64,000 bases of DNA from Dudresnaya verticillata. Its lineage: Eukaryota. Of the stretch, positions 1 through 9,483 are shown one piece after another. The notes under the pieces were generated by a model that made no database searches, was not told the DNA's origin, and saw nothing but the letters and a program-made list of their open reading frames with translations. Every line of letters starts with the position of its first letter. The stretch's first letter is position 1. The DNA lies in assembly GCA_977862235.1 (NCBI GenBank), contig OZ374557.1, forward strand, positions 3,844,001 through 3,908,000, read 5' to 3'. The position numbers and the translations under genes were made by a program.

Positions 1-2099
1 GAATATCAAGTAGTCTGTGCACTCATGCAGATGAACGATAAGGGGGAAAGACATCCCATTGGTTTCTGGAGTCGACGCCTGACGCCCGCTGAGGAGAACT
101 ACTCCGTTGGAGAGAAAGAATGCCTCGCCGTCGTATGGGCCGTGCAGATACTACGTCCATACTTGGAGCGAACGCATTTCGATTTGTACACGGATCATCA
201 AGCACTGAAGTGGATTATGAGTATGAACGACGCATCGGGACGCCTAGCGAGGTGGCGCTTACGCTTACTCAAGTACGACTTTACAGTCCAATACAAGAAG
301 GGTAAGAAGAAAGAATAGCAGACGCTGTCTCACGCCTTCCTACGTTTGGCTATACGAGCCGTGAACCGGATCTGGACATCCCTTGCTATATCATCGAGGA
401 TGACACCTCTGCGAATAATACTCCTCCCTCATGGGCCAATAGTCCAATCGAGACGTGGGAGATCGAACCCTTCGACGAGCCTACGTCTGCAGACGGACTC
501 TTAGTGGCGACCGCCGAGAAGGATGTGGATGAGAAATCGCTGTCACTCTTGACTATTGAGGAGCTCCTCCGAGAACAGAAAACAGATCCCTTCTACCTAC
601 GGATTAGAGCTGGAATCGAGGGTGGCCGACCCGGTTGTTATCTCGAAGACTAGTTGGGACTGCTTGTCCGAAAAGCACCTATGGATGGCGCACGGCAGGT
701 GCTCATACCCGAAATGCTACAAGAGCGAGTATTGCACCTCGCTCACTACCCCGTAATGGCCGGACATCCAGGCGGCACGCGCATGTATCAAAATCTGCGA
801 CGTCAAGTATATTGGCCGGACATGGCATTAGCGGTTTATGCAACTGTACGCAACTGCGTGGCCTGTTACAGGAAGAGGGTACAACTGCGGAAGCACACTT
901 CGTTTATGAAGTTATTCCCGGCAACCATGCCTCTCGAATTCGTTGGCATCGACATATTGGGCCCGCTTCCCCGTTCAGGCAAAGGTAATGAGTACCTACT
1001 CGTTATTACGGATCGCTTCTCTAAGCTTACCAGGGCGGTCCCGTTGAAGACCATCACGGCCTATACAGTGGCGAAAGCCTTTTGTGACCATTGGGTCTAC
1101 GTGTATGGACCGCCACGATATCTACTCTCGGACAACGGGTCCCAATTTGCATCGAAGTTCTTTATGGAAGTGTGTAGCATTCTGCGGATTCGCAATCTAT
1201 TTACATCAACTTACCATCCCCAGTCGAACGGGCAAACGGAACGTTTCAACCGCACTCTTCTGGCTGGATTACGTCACTTCATCGCTGAGGATCAGACTGA
1301 TTGGGATGAGTTTACCCCCGCGTTGACATACGCCTATAACACGACTGTCCACAAGACAACTGGGTTCGCCCCTGTAGATCTCGTTCTGTCGAACCCCCTA
1401 CCTCCCTCCTAATGGAGCGCCGAGACGGTCGATGTGGCAAACGTGCCTGCTACCAATGTCAAGAAGCGTCTAACTCGCCGGCTCGAAAAGCTAGTGGAGA
1501 CGGCACTCCCTCGCTTACGCTTGGCGCAGAAGCGCTATGAAGTCAACTTCAATAATAGGATGCGTCCCGCTAATGAGAAGATACGACCCGGACAGTGGGT
1601 GTTTGTCCAGCGAGAGACAAAGCTCAAAGACGCTGACGGCGTGGCACGCGAAGGCAAACTGCTACCAAAGGCATTGGGCCCGTATAAGGTTGTTGAGCGG
1701 AGCACTCATGTGGTCGTGATAGACGTGAAGGGTGAACGCGAGACCATCTCGTTAGATCACGTAACGCTCGCGCCCACGCCGTATGAGTCGTTGGACGCCC
1801 AAGGGGAAACTCCAACAATCGTCGCGCCGCCTGCGCCCGGGTCTACCTTGGCCAGTCGTGGCATCGAGCCTCCTTTTCCCCCAATCGAGCCTCCGCGCTC
1901 TTTCTCTCGCTTACGCAAAACCCCGGCTCGAGAGCATGTATATGATCGCATCGTTGATTATGCCCCGCTGGAACAGCCATATCGGATACGATGGTATCAG
2001 GCCCCTGTCACTAAGGACACGTGGGAGCCAAGGGGAAACCTCCCCCATAACCTCGTAGCGCGCTACCACCGCGCCAAGGGAATACCCTACGAATCATAA
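1..2099 (+). pseudogene. pol: pol (RNase H, integrase, GPY/F, chromodomain), disrupted
   Basis: RNase H motifs NYSVGEKECLAVVWA, TDHQAL, RLARW. Frameshift near 310 before IADAVSRL. In-frame stops at 651-653 (TAG) and 1410-1412 (TAA). Integrase HHCC (H..GHPG..CVAC) and DDE (GIDI, SDNG, TERFN). GPYKV; chromodomain RIRWY..DTWEP..NL. Confidence 0.92.
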
Positions 2100-2802
2100 G
2101 GTGGGTTACTACCCCTCGGGCTGCTGCCCTATTGACGTATAGGCTAGCGAGCCGAGCTAAGCAAACAGGGCACGAAGCCCTGAGACGCTGGACGAGCCGA
2201 TGTGGATAGATGAAAGCTGGAAGAAGCCTGGATAGATGCGCTCTGCGGAGCTGAAATGTATAGGACTGTTGCCGATTGGCATCACAACACTTTACGTACG
2301 TGTACAGACGGACCTACGCTGCACAGCGACTAACTTAACCAAGAGCCGGCAGCTCACACTGTTGCTCAGTCAGCAGTGGCGGCGACGATTCCCTGGCTCG
2401 GACTCACGGCGAACACCTCTTGGTGGCGCTTAGGCCAAAAGACACAACCAATCATGGCGGTTTACACTTACGGTGCCGCCACGAAACGCAAGCCGCTAAG
2501 CCCCGCACCAATGACAACGCGGAGCGCCGCTTAACATTAATTTTGTGCACTCTACAGTACGCACTGTACTCTAATTTATGGGAAAATTCCCCCGGTCAAG
2601 GACACGCGATGGTCTCCACGCTAAGTCAGAGCGAGGATGGTATGCCGCGGCACGGGAGGAGAAGGGTACTCGGTCAATGCAAAGTTTACTCAGGCGTTAC
2701 AACGCGGAAAGGTCCACTAGCTAATCGGACGCTCCCCCCACTCACACCTATCTATTATCCCTAGGGAGCGTCCGATGCGAGCACTACAATGTGGAAATGA
2801 CG

Positions 2803-5064
2803 TCAGTCCGAGTCAGAGTCCATCAGGTCGATGACCTCGTTGGGGCGCAACGGCGGATTCGCAACGGGGCCTTGCCCTGGCATCATGGTCACGCGACGGA
2901 CCTCGCGCACGATGCGACGACCGCGTCCGCGCCGAGCCCCGACTCCCCGCGCTGGAACTTCACCATCCGCCTCGCTAGGCCCAGCACCGCCATCGCCAGA
3001 CGGCGCGTCACCCTCCTGGACACCCATGTCCTCTTCCTCGAGCTCCTCTTTGAGCAGCAGCTCCGTCTTCACGATAACCTCCTGCGACTCAGCCGCCGCC
3101 GGAGGAGCTTCAACGGCGTTAGCAGGAAGGGTCACCTCGAGCTGCAGACCATGGCCGGCGGGCACTTCTGGCACGGATAGGTCGACCGTCACTTCCATGG
3201 GTGAAGAATTCGGAGCGCTCTCCTCAACGGCCCCCACTGCCAGCTGCGAAGCTGCAGTAGCTGGAGCATTGGTAGGCGGACCCGAGGTAGCAACGGAAGA
3301 ACCCTCGCGCGGAACGGCGGATGTATCGGCAAGCGTGCCTTCGCGCGGATCCGCGCCTTGCCCACCACCGGCTGGTGCCACGGGAGTACCCACACTTGGC
3401 AGCGAAACAGCGCGACGGTCTTGATGACCCAAGCCCAAACGGGAACAGCGCTGAAGTCGCGGGTCCCTTGAGGCTGAAGCGGAAGCCGAGGCGCTCGGCG
3501 CGCTCGCCGCAGCTGAAGGACCTGCCACAGCGGAACCCGACACACCCGGCGAGCTCGCCGCAGCCGAAGGGCCTGGAGCCACGACGCTCGTCGGAGCTTC
3601 CTGAGCCTGCTCCGACTCCACCACGGCATGCTGCCCGATAGGCGGAAGCGCGGCTAACGACGCCTTCAAAGCCTCGATGGGCCCCGGTGAGCTCACCCAG
3701 TTCGACCCGTAGTCGCAAAGGACGTCCTCGACCCAATCCGCGAGACTGTAGAGAGTCAGATGGGTCACCTCCCAATGGACAACCAAGCGGATGGCGAGAC
3801 CTCGACGATTGAATAAGTCCCGAATGGCGGCATCGGCCCTTGCGACGTTTCGCACTCTGGGTGCGTACGGACCCTGGGGCTGCCCCGACACAGTAGTGTC
3901 CATCGGCGGCACGTCAGCAGGAGTCGCGGGAGCATCGCCAGAGGCACTCTGCCAATCTTTCGTATATCCGGTCATGCGTTCACCGTTGTCCACGAGAAGC
4001 GTCTCACCTTCCTGAGGCTCCGGCTGCAGCAAATACTCCGGTAGGAGAGGGTGCCACTGCACCGGGTCAAAGTCGACCCAATCACCACGGTCGTACACCG
4101 GCGTCACAAACCCGGTGTTCTCCGGAAGGTAACGGTTTCTCTTGCTAACGCGGCTCCACCGGATGCGTTCGACGAACACGAGGAGCGCCTCCAAATCCGT
4201 AGCATCGACAGCAGTCGTGGTGAGTAAGCCAATTCCAAGCCCCCGGATCTCGGTGCGCAGACGTGCGTTGATGTAATACAGGTACCCCCGACGGGCTTCA
4301 TACATGAAGGTCTGCGCCACCATCACCACCCATTCGTTACGGAAGATCATCCACAAGAGGCCATGATGATAGCTTTCGTGCATCATATCAAGGCCTCTAT
4401 AGGCCACGACTGGGGGTGTGCCGACGGGCATGGAGTAGCAAACCTCGTACTCACGATGATCCGTGGGAATTGGGACGTACTTCCCCATGTAGAACTCGGG
4501 CTTGATGGCCACTACTTCTTGGCAGTGCGCCGGCTCCAAGCAACCGATCCGATGACGATGGCGGCGCTCGAAGCGAAGGAGTTCGCGAGACATCGCTGTC
4601 TGCGGGTTATCCAAAGCATACTTGAAGTTGGACGTCTCGTCCCACCGCGTAACGCGCGCCATAGTGAATGGATAGTTATACCGACCGGGGCGGATGAGTG
4701 GTCGTTCAAAAGCGACCAACTCCAGGCTGTAGCCTCCCTTCGCATGGAACTCGATTAACTCCGTCATGAACTCCATGAAGGCTGGCGAGTGGTGCTCCAC
4801 GTAACGTTGCTCGAAGAGGAAGCGCACCATCGCAAGGTCCCACTCGTGGTTAGTTGGAAGCGGCGGAAGAGCGATATTGGTCCCTCGAAGGATGCCAATC
4901 CGCTCACGAATGAGGAACTCCCACGAGCGGGCCTGGGCACGATGACGGCCATAACGGCGGATGTCTTCACGACGCGCACCGGCGGTTGCCCGAATATGCC
5001 GTACGGAGCAACCAGTCGCGGCTCTTCGTGATGGACAAAGGCACGCCTGCCGCATCAACCCCAA
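2803..5064 (-). CDS. Retrotransposon antisense accessory protein (~750 aa, function unknown)
   Basis: Long stop-free ORF between pol and the PPT. Globular aromatic-rich N-terminal ~470 aa, Ala/Ser/Pro-rich linker, acidic tail ending EVIDLMDSDSD. The start is uncertain; a plausible ATG at 5125 (MATPPNLPYGQ...) is in another frame. Confidence 0.75.
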   Translation of the reverse strand: MGLMRQACLCPSRRAATGCSVRHIRATAGARREDIRRYGRHRAQARSWEFLIRERIGILRGTNIALPPLPTNHEWDLAMVRFLFEQRYVEHHSPAFMEFMTELIEFHAKGGYSLELVAFERPLIRPGRYNYPFTMARVTRWDETSNFKYALDNPQTAMSRELLRFERRHRHRIGCLEPAHCQEVVAIKPEFYMGKYVPIPTDHREYEVCYSMPVGTPPVVAYRGLDMMHESYHHGLLWMIFRNEWVVMVAQTFMYEARRGYLYYINARLRTEIRGLGIGLLTTTAVDATDLEALLVFVERIRWSRVSKRNRYLPENTGFVTPVYDRGDWVDFDPVQWHPLLPEYLLQPEPQEGETLLVDNGERMTGYTKDWQSASGDAPATPADVPPMDTTVSGQPQGPYAPRVRNVARADAAIRDLFNRRGLAIRLVVHWEVTHLTLYSLADWVEDVLCDYGSNWVSSPGPIEALKASLAALPPIGQHAVVESEQAQEAPTSVVAPGPSAAASSPGVSGSAVAGPSAAASAPSASASASASRDPRLQRCSRLGLGHQDRRAVSLPSVGTPVAPAGGGQGADPREGTLADTSAVPREGSSVATSGPPTNAPATAASQLAVGAVEESAPNSSPMEVTVDLSVPEVPAGHGLQLEVTLPANAVEAPPAAAESQEVIVKTELLLKEELEEEDMGVQEGDAPSGDGGAGPSEADGEVPARGVGARRGRGRRIVREVRRVTMMPGQGPVANPPLRPNEVIDLMDSDSD

Positions 5065-5614
5065 ACCCGAGCACGGCGGAACTAGAGCCCGCCTGCCCGT
5101 AAGGAAGGTTGGGTGGCGTCGCCATGCTGGCCGAAGGTTATTGCAATGCGGAGCGCCGCGTCGTTGGTCTTCTCCCTGAAGAACGGCCTTCTGCCTGAGT
5201 TATCCTCTCCCTGAGATCTTCCACTTGAGTCTTGAGGTCTCCTACCTGAACTTCTACCTGAGGAGCTTGGTCCTGAAACTTGACGGCCTTCTGCCTGAAA
5301 TTCTTGAAGGAAGGTGTAGCAACACCGGCTCAACCGCCCGCGCCAACAAGGCAATGAGAAACGGCGGCGAGCGCGCAGTTGGGTGAACACCGCTCCGAAG
5401 TAATTCGCGGAAGCGCCGCTGCGTACGACGCCGTGAAGGGAAAGGCGAGCGCGACTCTCGTTATGGAAGGAAGGACGCGCACGCCGGGTGAGGGTGATGG
5501 AGGACGAAGGCAAGGCGACGGCCGCGGGCAAGCAAGAAGGAGGAGGAAGAAGGAAGCCGACGGGCGGGCTGTATGCCGAAACGTGAGAAGCCGTAATCGG
5601 GTCGCAACCCCTGG

Positions 5615-5647
5615 TTTATATAGCCGCGCGGCCGCGCCAAAATTGGC
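5615..5647 (-). promoter_or_regulatory. Putative TATA and CCAAT boxes for the antisense ORF
   Basis: Minus strand reads GCCAAT (5647-5642), then TATATAAA (5622-5615), about 500 bp upstream of the antisense ORF. Confidence 0.45.
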
Positions 5648-5895
5648 TCATGCAAACTCGTGAGCCGCAACGCTCACGAGTCGCTGACAGCCGAGACGCC
5701 ACGCCGGGCGCGCCCGAACACTGAGGTGATGGCCCGCGATGACACGCATGTCAACCGGGCCTGTACGGGCGCTGGCCCGACTTAATCCCCCACAGGGCGT
5801 GATACACAGACAGCCGTTGGGCGTTCAACCGCTCATGAAGGAGATTTAAGATTCAGAAACCGCCTATCATAGCCTCGCCGGCCGCTTCGGTCTTC

Positions 5896-5904
5896 AGAGG
5901 GGGG
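5896..5904 (+). other. Polypurine tract of the LTR retrotransposon
   Basis: AGAGGGGGG separated by one base from the TG start of the LTR. Confidence 0.75.
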
Positions 5905-5905
5905 C

Positions 5906-6648
5906 TGTGTGGCAGTATGGACGCTGTCAGCAGGAGGACTTACAGAAGCGCACTTCTTTTCGCGGGACAGACTGTCTCTTAATCAGGACAGCTGTCCTTT
6001 CATCGCTATACACGTGGATGACACGTGGAATACACGTGTATACACGTGTGTACACGTGGACTTACAGCTATACACGTGGCATACACGTGGCCTTGTAATG
6101 ACGCCAGTTGGACACCTCGTATTGGCTGATTTATAACGCGCCGCTGCGCTCCTACTCACGGACGAGGAGCACCTCTGCGCTCAGGGTATCGACAATGCAG
6201 CCGGGACCTCGGCTTGCGCCCCGGCGCATCCGCCACCAAGTCCCCTAACTGGAATGCATTCCCACTTTTGACTTGTACTGACTGTACTAACCTTTGTTTC
6301 TATAATCGTAGACTAACTTAGACCCCCTTTTGGGCTGATAGAGTTTTCGGCTGTCAAGCCCTACTTATGGGCGCCGGAATAGCCGGCGCCCTCAGAATAA
6401 ACACTCAGCGGAGTTGTTCGGGAAGTTTCCACCTTTTGGTCGCTCGGACGCTCCGCGCCTGCAGGGGTCGCCCAGTACAGGCCCGGACATCGTACGACAA
6501 GTACTCTACGAAATACCGGGTCGCAACCTCTATACTTTCCTTCAGTCGGTCGCGTCGAGTCTTTACCGTGCTTCCGCACCCCCCCTTTCGGGTCATCAGG
6601 GCCCGCCTTTTCCAAGCCTCTACCAATCCTCCCTCGAGCTACCACACA
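5906..6648 (+). repeat. 3' LTR (~740 bp)
   Basis: Begins TGTGTGGCAG just after the PPT and ends CTACCACACA (9/10 inverted match, TG...CA rule). Boundaries could alternatively be 5908-6646. The 5' LTR is not in the window, so this cannot be confirmed by comparison. Confidence 0.7.
6011..6089. promoter_or_regulatory. Array of seven CACGTG (E-box/G-box) motifs in the LTR
   Basis: CACGTG at 6011, 6022, 6033, 6043, 6053, 6073 and 6084. Confidence 0.7.
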
Positions 6649-7904
6649 TTAGCGTGTGACATCGGACAGCTGTCTTTTCTTTGTTCTTTGCTGTTTCTGG
6701 CCGGTGCCATACTGCTACACCCCGGTGCCGTGTGAGATTACTCCTTATTGGGATTGCCTGATCAGCTCTCCTTACAGGTGTGCCTTTCACTTCACCAGAA
6801 CGCGCCATTTTTGTTTGAAAAGTCCGCCGTTTACAGTGCTTGACGTGCCGAAGCGATTGTTCTGGTCAGTTGCAGAATTTATCCACACTCCATTTTGTAA
6901 ACCCTCCCCGAACAAGAGACACTGGCGCCTTCCGTTCAGAATCGTGCAGAAAATTACTGAAATATATGTTCATTCATAGTCGCGCCGTTCAGCAATTGTC
7001 GCACCCCCCCTTTAGTAACACTACGAGGTACAGGCGCTCTGCTGTTTGGCGTGCCATGCCAAAAATATGGGTGACCATGATTAATCGACCAATAGGAATC
7101 AACCATCTCAACGATCGCACCCTCGGGCGCCTCACGCCTTACAGGCGTCGTCTGTACACGTGTGTGCTTACAGCGCTCGGGCGCTCATTATTCCACAGAG
7201 GGGCGGTCCGCTGCGGGCCGGCCGGGCGCCTTGAAGTAGCCGCGCGGAGTGGCGGGAATTGCGAGCGGCGCGGACGACGCGAGCGGCAACCATCCGTCGA
7301 CGGCGCCAGGGTCACTGTAAGCTTCTTTACAGTGGACAGTTACGACTCCATGCGGGCCTATCGCAAAAATTTTGAAGCCCATCATGGGGCCTTGTGACGT
7401 TTGAGCAGTGCGCGCCACACGCTACTGTACTGTAGCTGGACTTGGACTGTGGCGGTCTGCTTTCAGGGGCTACTGTGATTATGCTTCCGCACGATGGCCG
7501 AAGGGTCAAGAGCCCAAGTATGTCTATCGGTACCGAGGAGCGCGCGTAGTGGGGCTCCTGCGGTGGGCAACAGAAGCGGCAGTGCGACCAATAGTGGCGG
7601 CAGTACTGGAAGGCAGTGGCCTCAGACTCACCGGTAGGGCGCATCCGCCGTATAGCAAATAAAGGCGCAACCGTGTGGTGGACCGCAAGTGAAGCTGTGG
7701 ACAGAAGCGGACACAGAACAGAACACGGACGAGGAGACCGAAGGCCCGTTTGCATGCCAAGACCTCTTGCCGCCCCCTTCCCTACTCGCACGCTCCTCGA
7801 CGCTGCGTAGGCCGCATCGATTGGTTCTGATAATGGTGGGAACGACGACGAGGATCCCCTCGAATTGTCACAGGAGCACGACTTGCATTTTCTTGACTGT
7901 ATTG

Positions 7905-8075
7905 GGCCCTGGACCGTGGCACCCTGGGTGCCGCGGGTGTCAGTCAACTTATACTCAGCCAATGAACGGTGAGTATACTCACGGATTTAGCGGGCCACGG
8001 GGGGCACGGCGCATATACTCACGCTGCGATTGGGTAAAGCTTCGACCAATGGGCACATTCTATACTCACGGATGC
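7905..8075 (+). repeat. Left TIR with subterminal repeats
   Basis: 7911-7964 is a perfect 54-bp inverted match to 15803-15856, with similarity continuing inward. TATACTCAC at 7974, 8014 and 8061. Confidence 0.93.
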
Positions 8076-8229
8076 CGACGGAAGAGTACTTGGGGAATGC
8101 GGGTTGGCTGCGCTGTCAGAATCAATCAACTTGGAGCGCGGTGGGCGGGTGTGGGGGGTGTGAGCGTTGGGTGTTTCGGTTTCGCGGTAAATCCGGATCA
8201 CAGGATCATCGCATCAATCCCGGCCGAGG

Positions 8230-9420
8230 CTGGCCGGGGGCCGAGGGCGGCGTCGACTTTTCAACGCTCACGCCGCCCGGCCTTCCACGCGGTGGATGGT
8301 GTGGGCGTGGGCGTGGGCGAGGGCACGGCCGTGGTCGTGGGGTTTCCTTCGACGACCGCCGGCACAACCAAGACGCTGCGGGTTCAGATTAAAGAAGCCG
8401 TCGCACGGACAATAAGCATGGGCGCGCTCGCTCACCGTCAACTATTCCGGAGAGCATCCGGCGCGGCCGGGAATCCCTTGCCGCCCACTGCACCGCCCGC
8501 ACCAACTCAAGCCGCATCAGCTATTGTGCCGGCGGCGACGCAAGCCGCCGCGACGCAAGCCCCACCGATGCAAGCCGCCCCGACCCCCCGCCTGTTGCTG
8601 CCGCCCCGATCCCACCGCCTGTTGCTGCCGCCCCGACATAAGTGCCTGCTGTACCCGTCCCGACTCGAGAACCGCCTGCAGCCTCTCCGACGCGAGCTGC
8701 TCCGACTGCCGCACCTGCTCCTGCGGCTACACCAACTACCCCGACGCCACTGCTCGCTCCTACTGCTGCCACCGCTTCTGCAAGCACCATCCCATCAGTG
8801 CGCATTGGGAACTGGATCTCTCCGCCCGAGCTCGCTGCTAGCTTGTTGGCTTTTGCATCTAAGGCTGCCCCCGGTGCTGTCGTCGCACTTCCCATCGCTA
8901 GCGGCTCCGCCCGCGGTAACAGCACCACGGCTACGGTCTGTCCCTGTCCCAGTTGCGCTGGCCGCTGCCGCACCTGACACTATGACTACCCGTGGTTCTG
9001 TTGGAAATACCGCGCCCACACAGACGGCAACGCGTGCGATCCCCACGCCTGAGCGAGCGGGAAGCGATACAGCTCCGTTTGTGCCAGTCCCAGCTGCTAC
9101 CTCTACACCTGCGCCGACCGATGCCGTGCCGGCCGATGCCGCGCCACATGTGGCTGCAGCCGACCACTGATGGTCCAGAAGGGGTTACTGTAACTCCCAT
9201 GGAGGTGGACACTCCAGCGTCTGCGACGCAATCCACCGTTCCTTCCACGTCTGCGGCAAGGCCCGACGTCGAACCGCAAACCGCACGACCACCGACGTTG
9301 GCGGTGAAATGAGCGACGGCAAGCCGGGACCGAGTCCTCCTGGATTCAAGACGCGTCTTCGGTCTCGCACTATCGAAGTAGCAAGACCGCAGCAAGACCG
9401 CGCAGAGGAGTTAGGACATA
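8230..9420 (+). pseudogene. Decayed Pro/Ala/Thr-rich third MULE gene, convergent with the transposase
   Basis: Protein-like segments switch between frames (KTLRVQIKEAVART; SVRIGNWISPPELAASLLAF; VCPCPSCAGRC; PGFKTRLRSR). Boundaries are approximate. Confidence 0.4.
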
Positions 9421-9483
9421 CAGAACATGCAGTGCTGTAGTCTACCTTGTACATTTCTGTTCAACTCACTGTACGCTACTAAA

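Larger units (their letters stand above)
1..6648 (+). mobile_element. Ty3/Gypsy LTR retrotransposon with chromodomain integrase (3' part; gag/PR/RT and 5' LTR lie upstream of the window)
   Basis: Order is RNase H, integrase, chromodomain, then a 3.8-kb spacer with an antisense ORF, a polypurine tract, and an LTR bounded by TGTGTGGCAG...CTACCACACA. Confidence 0.9.

Noticed and set aside
7689..9170. 493-aa ORF as a single gene
   Set aside because: It crosses the TSD/TIR boundary and its middle is an off-frame reading of the Pro/Ala-rich segment.
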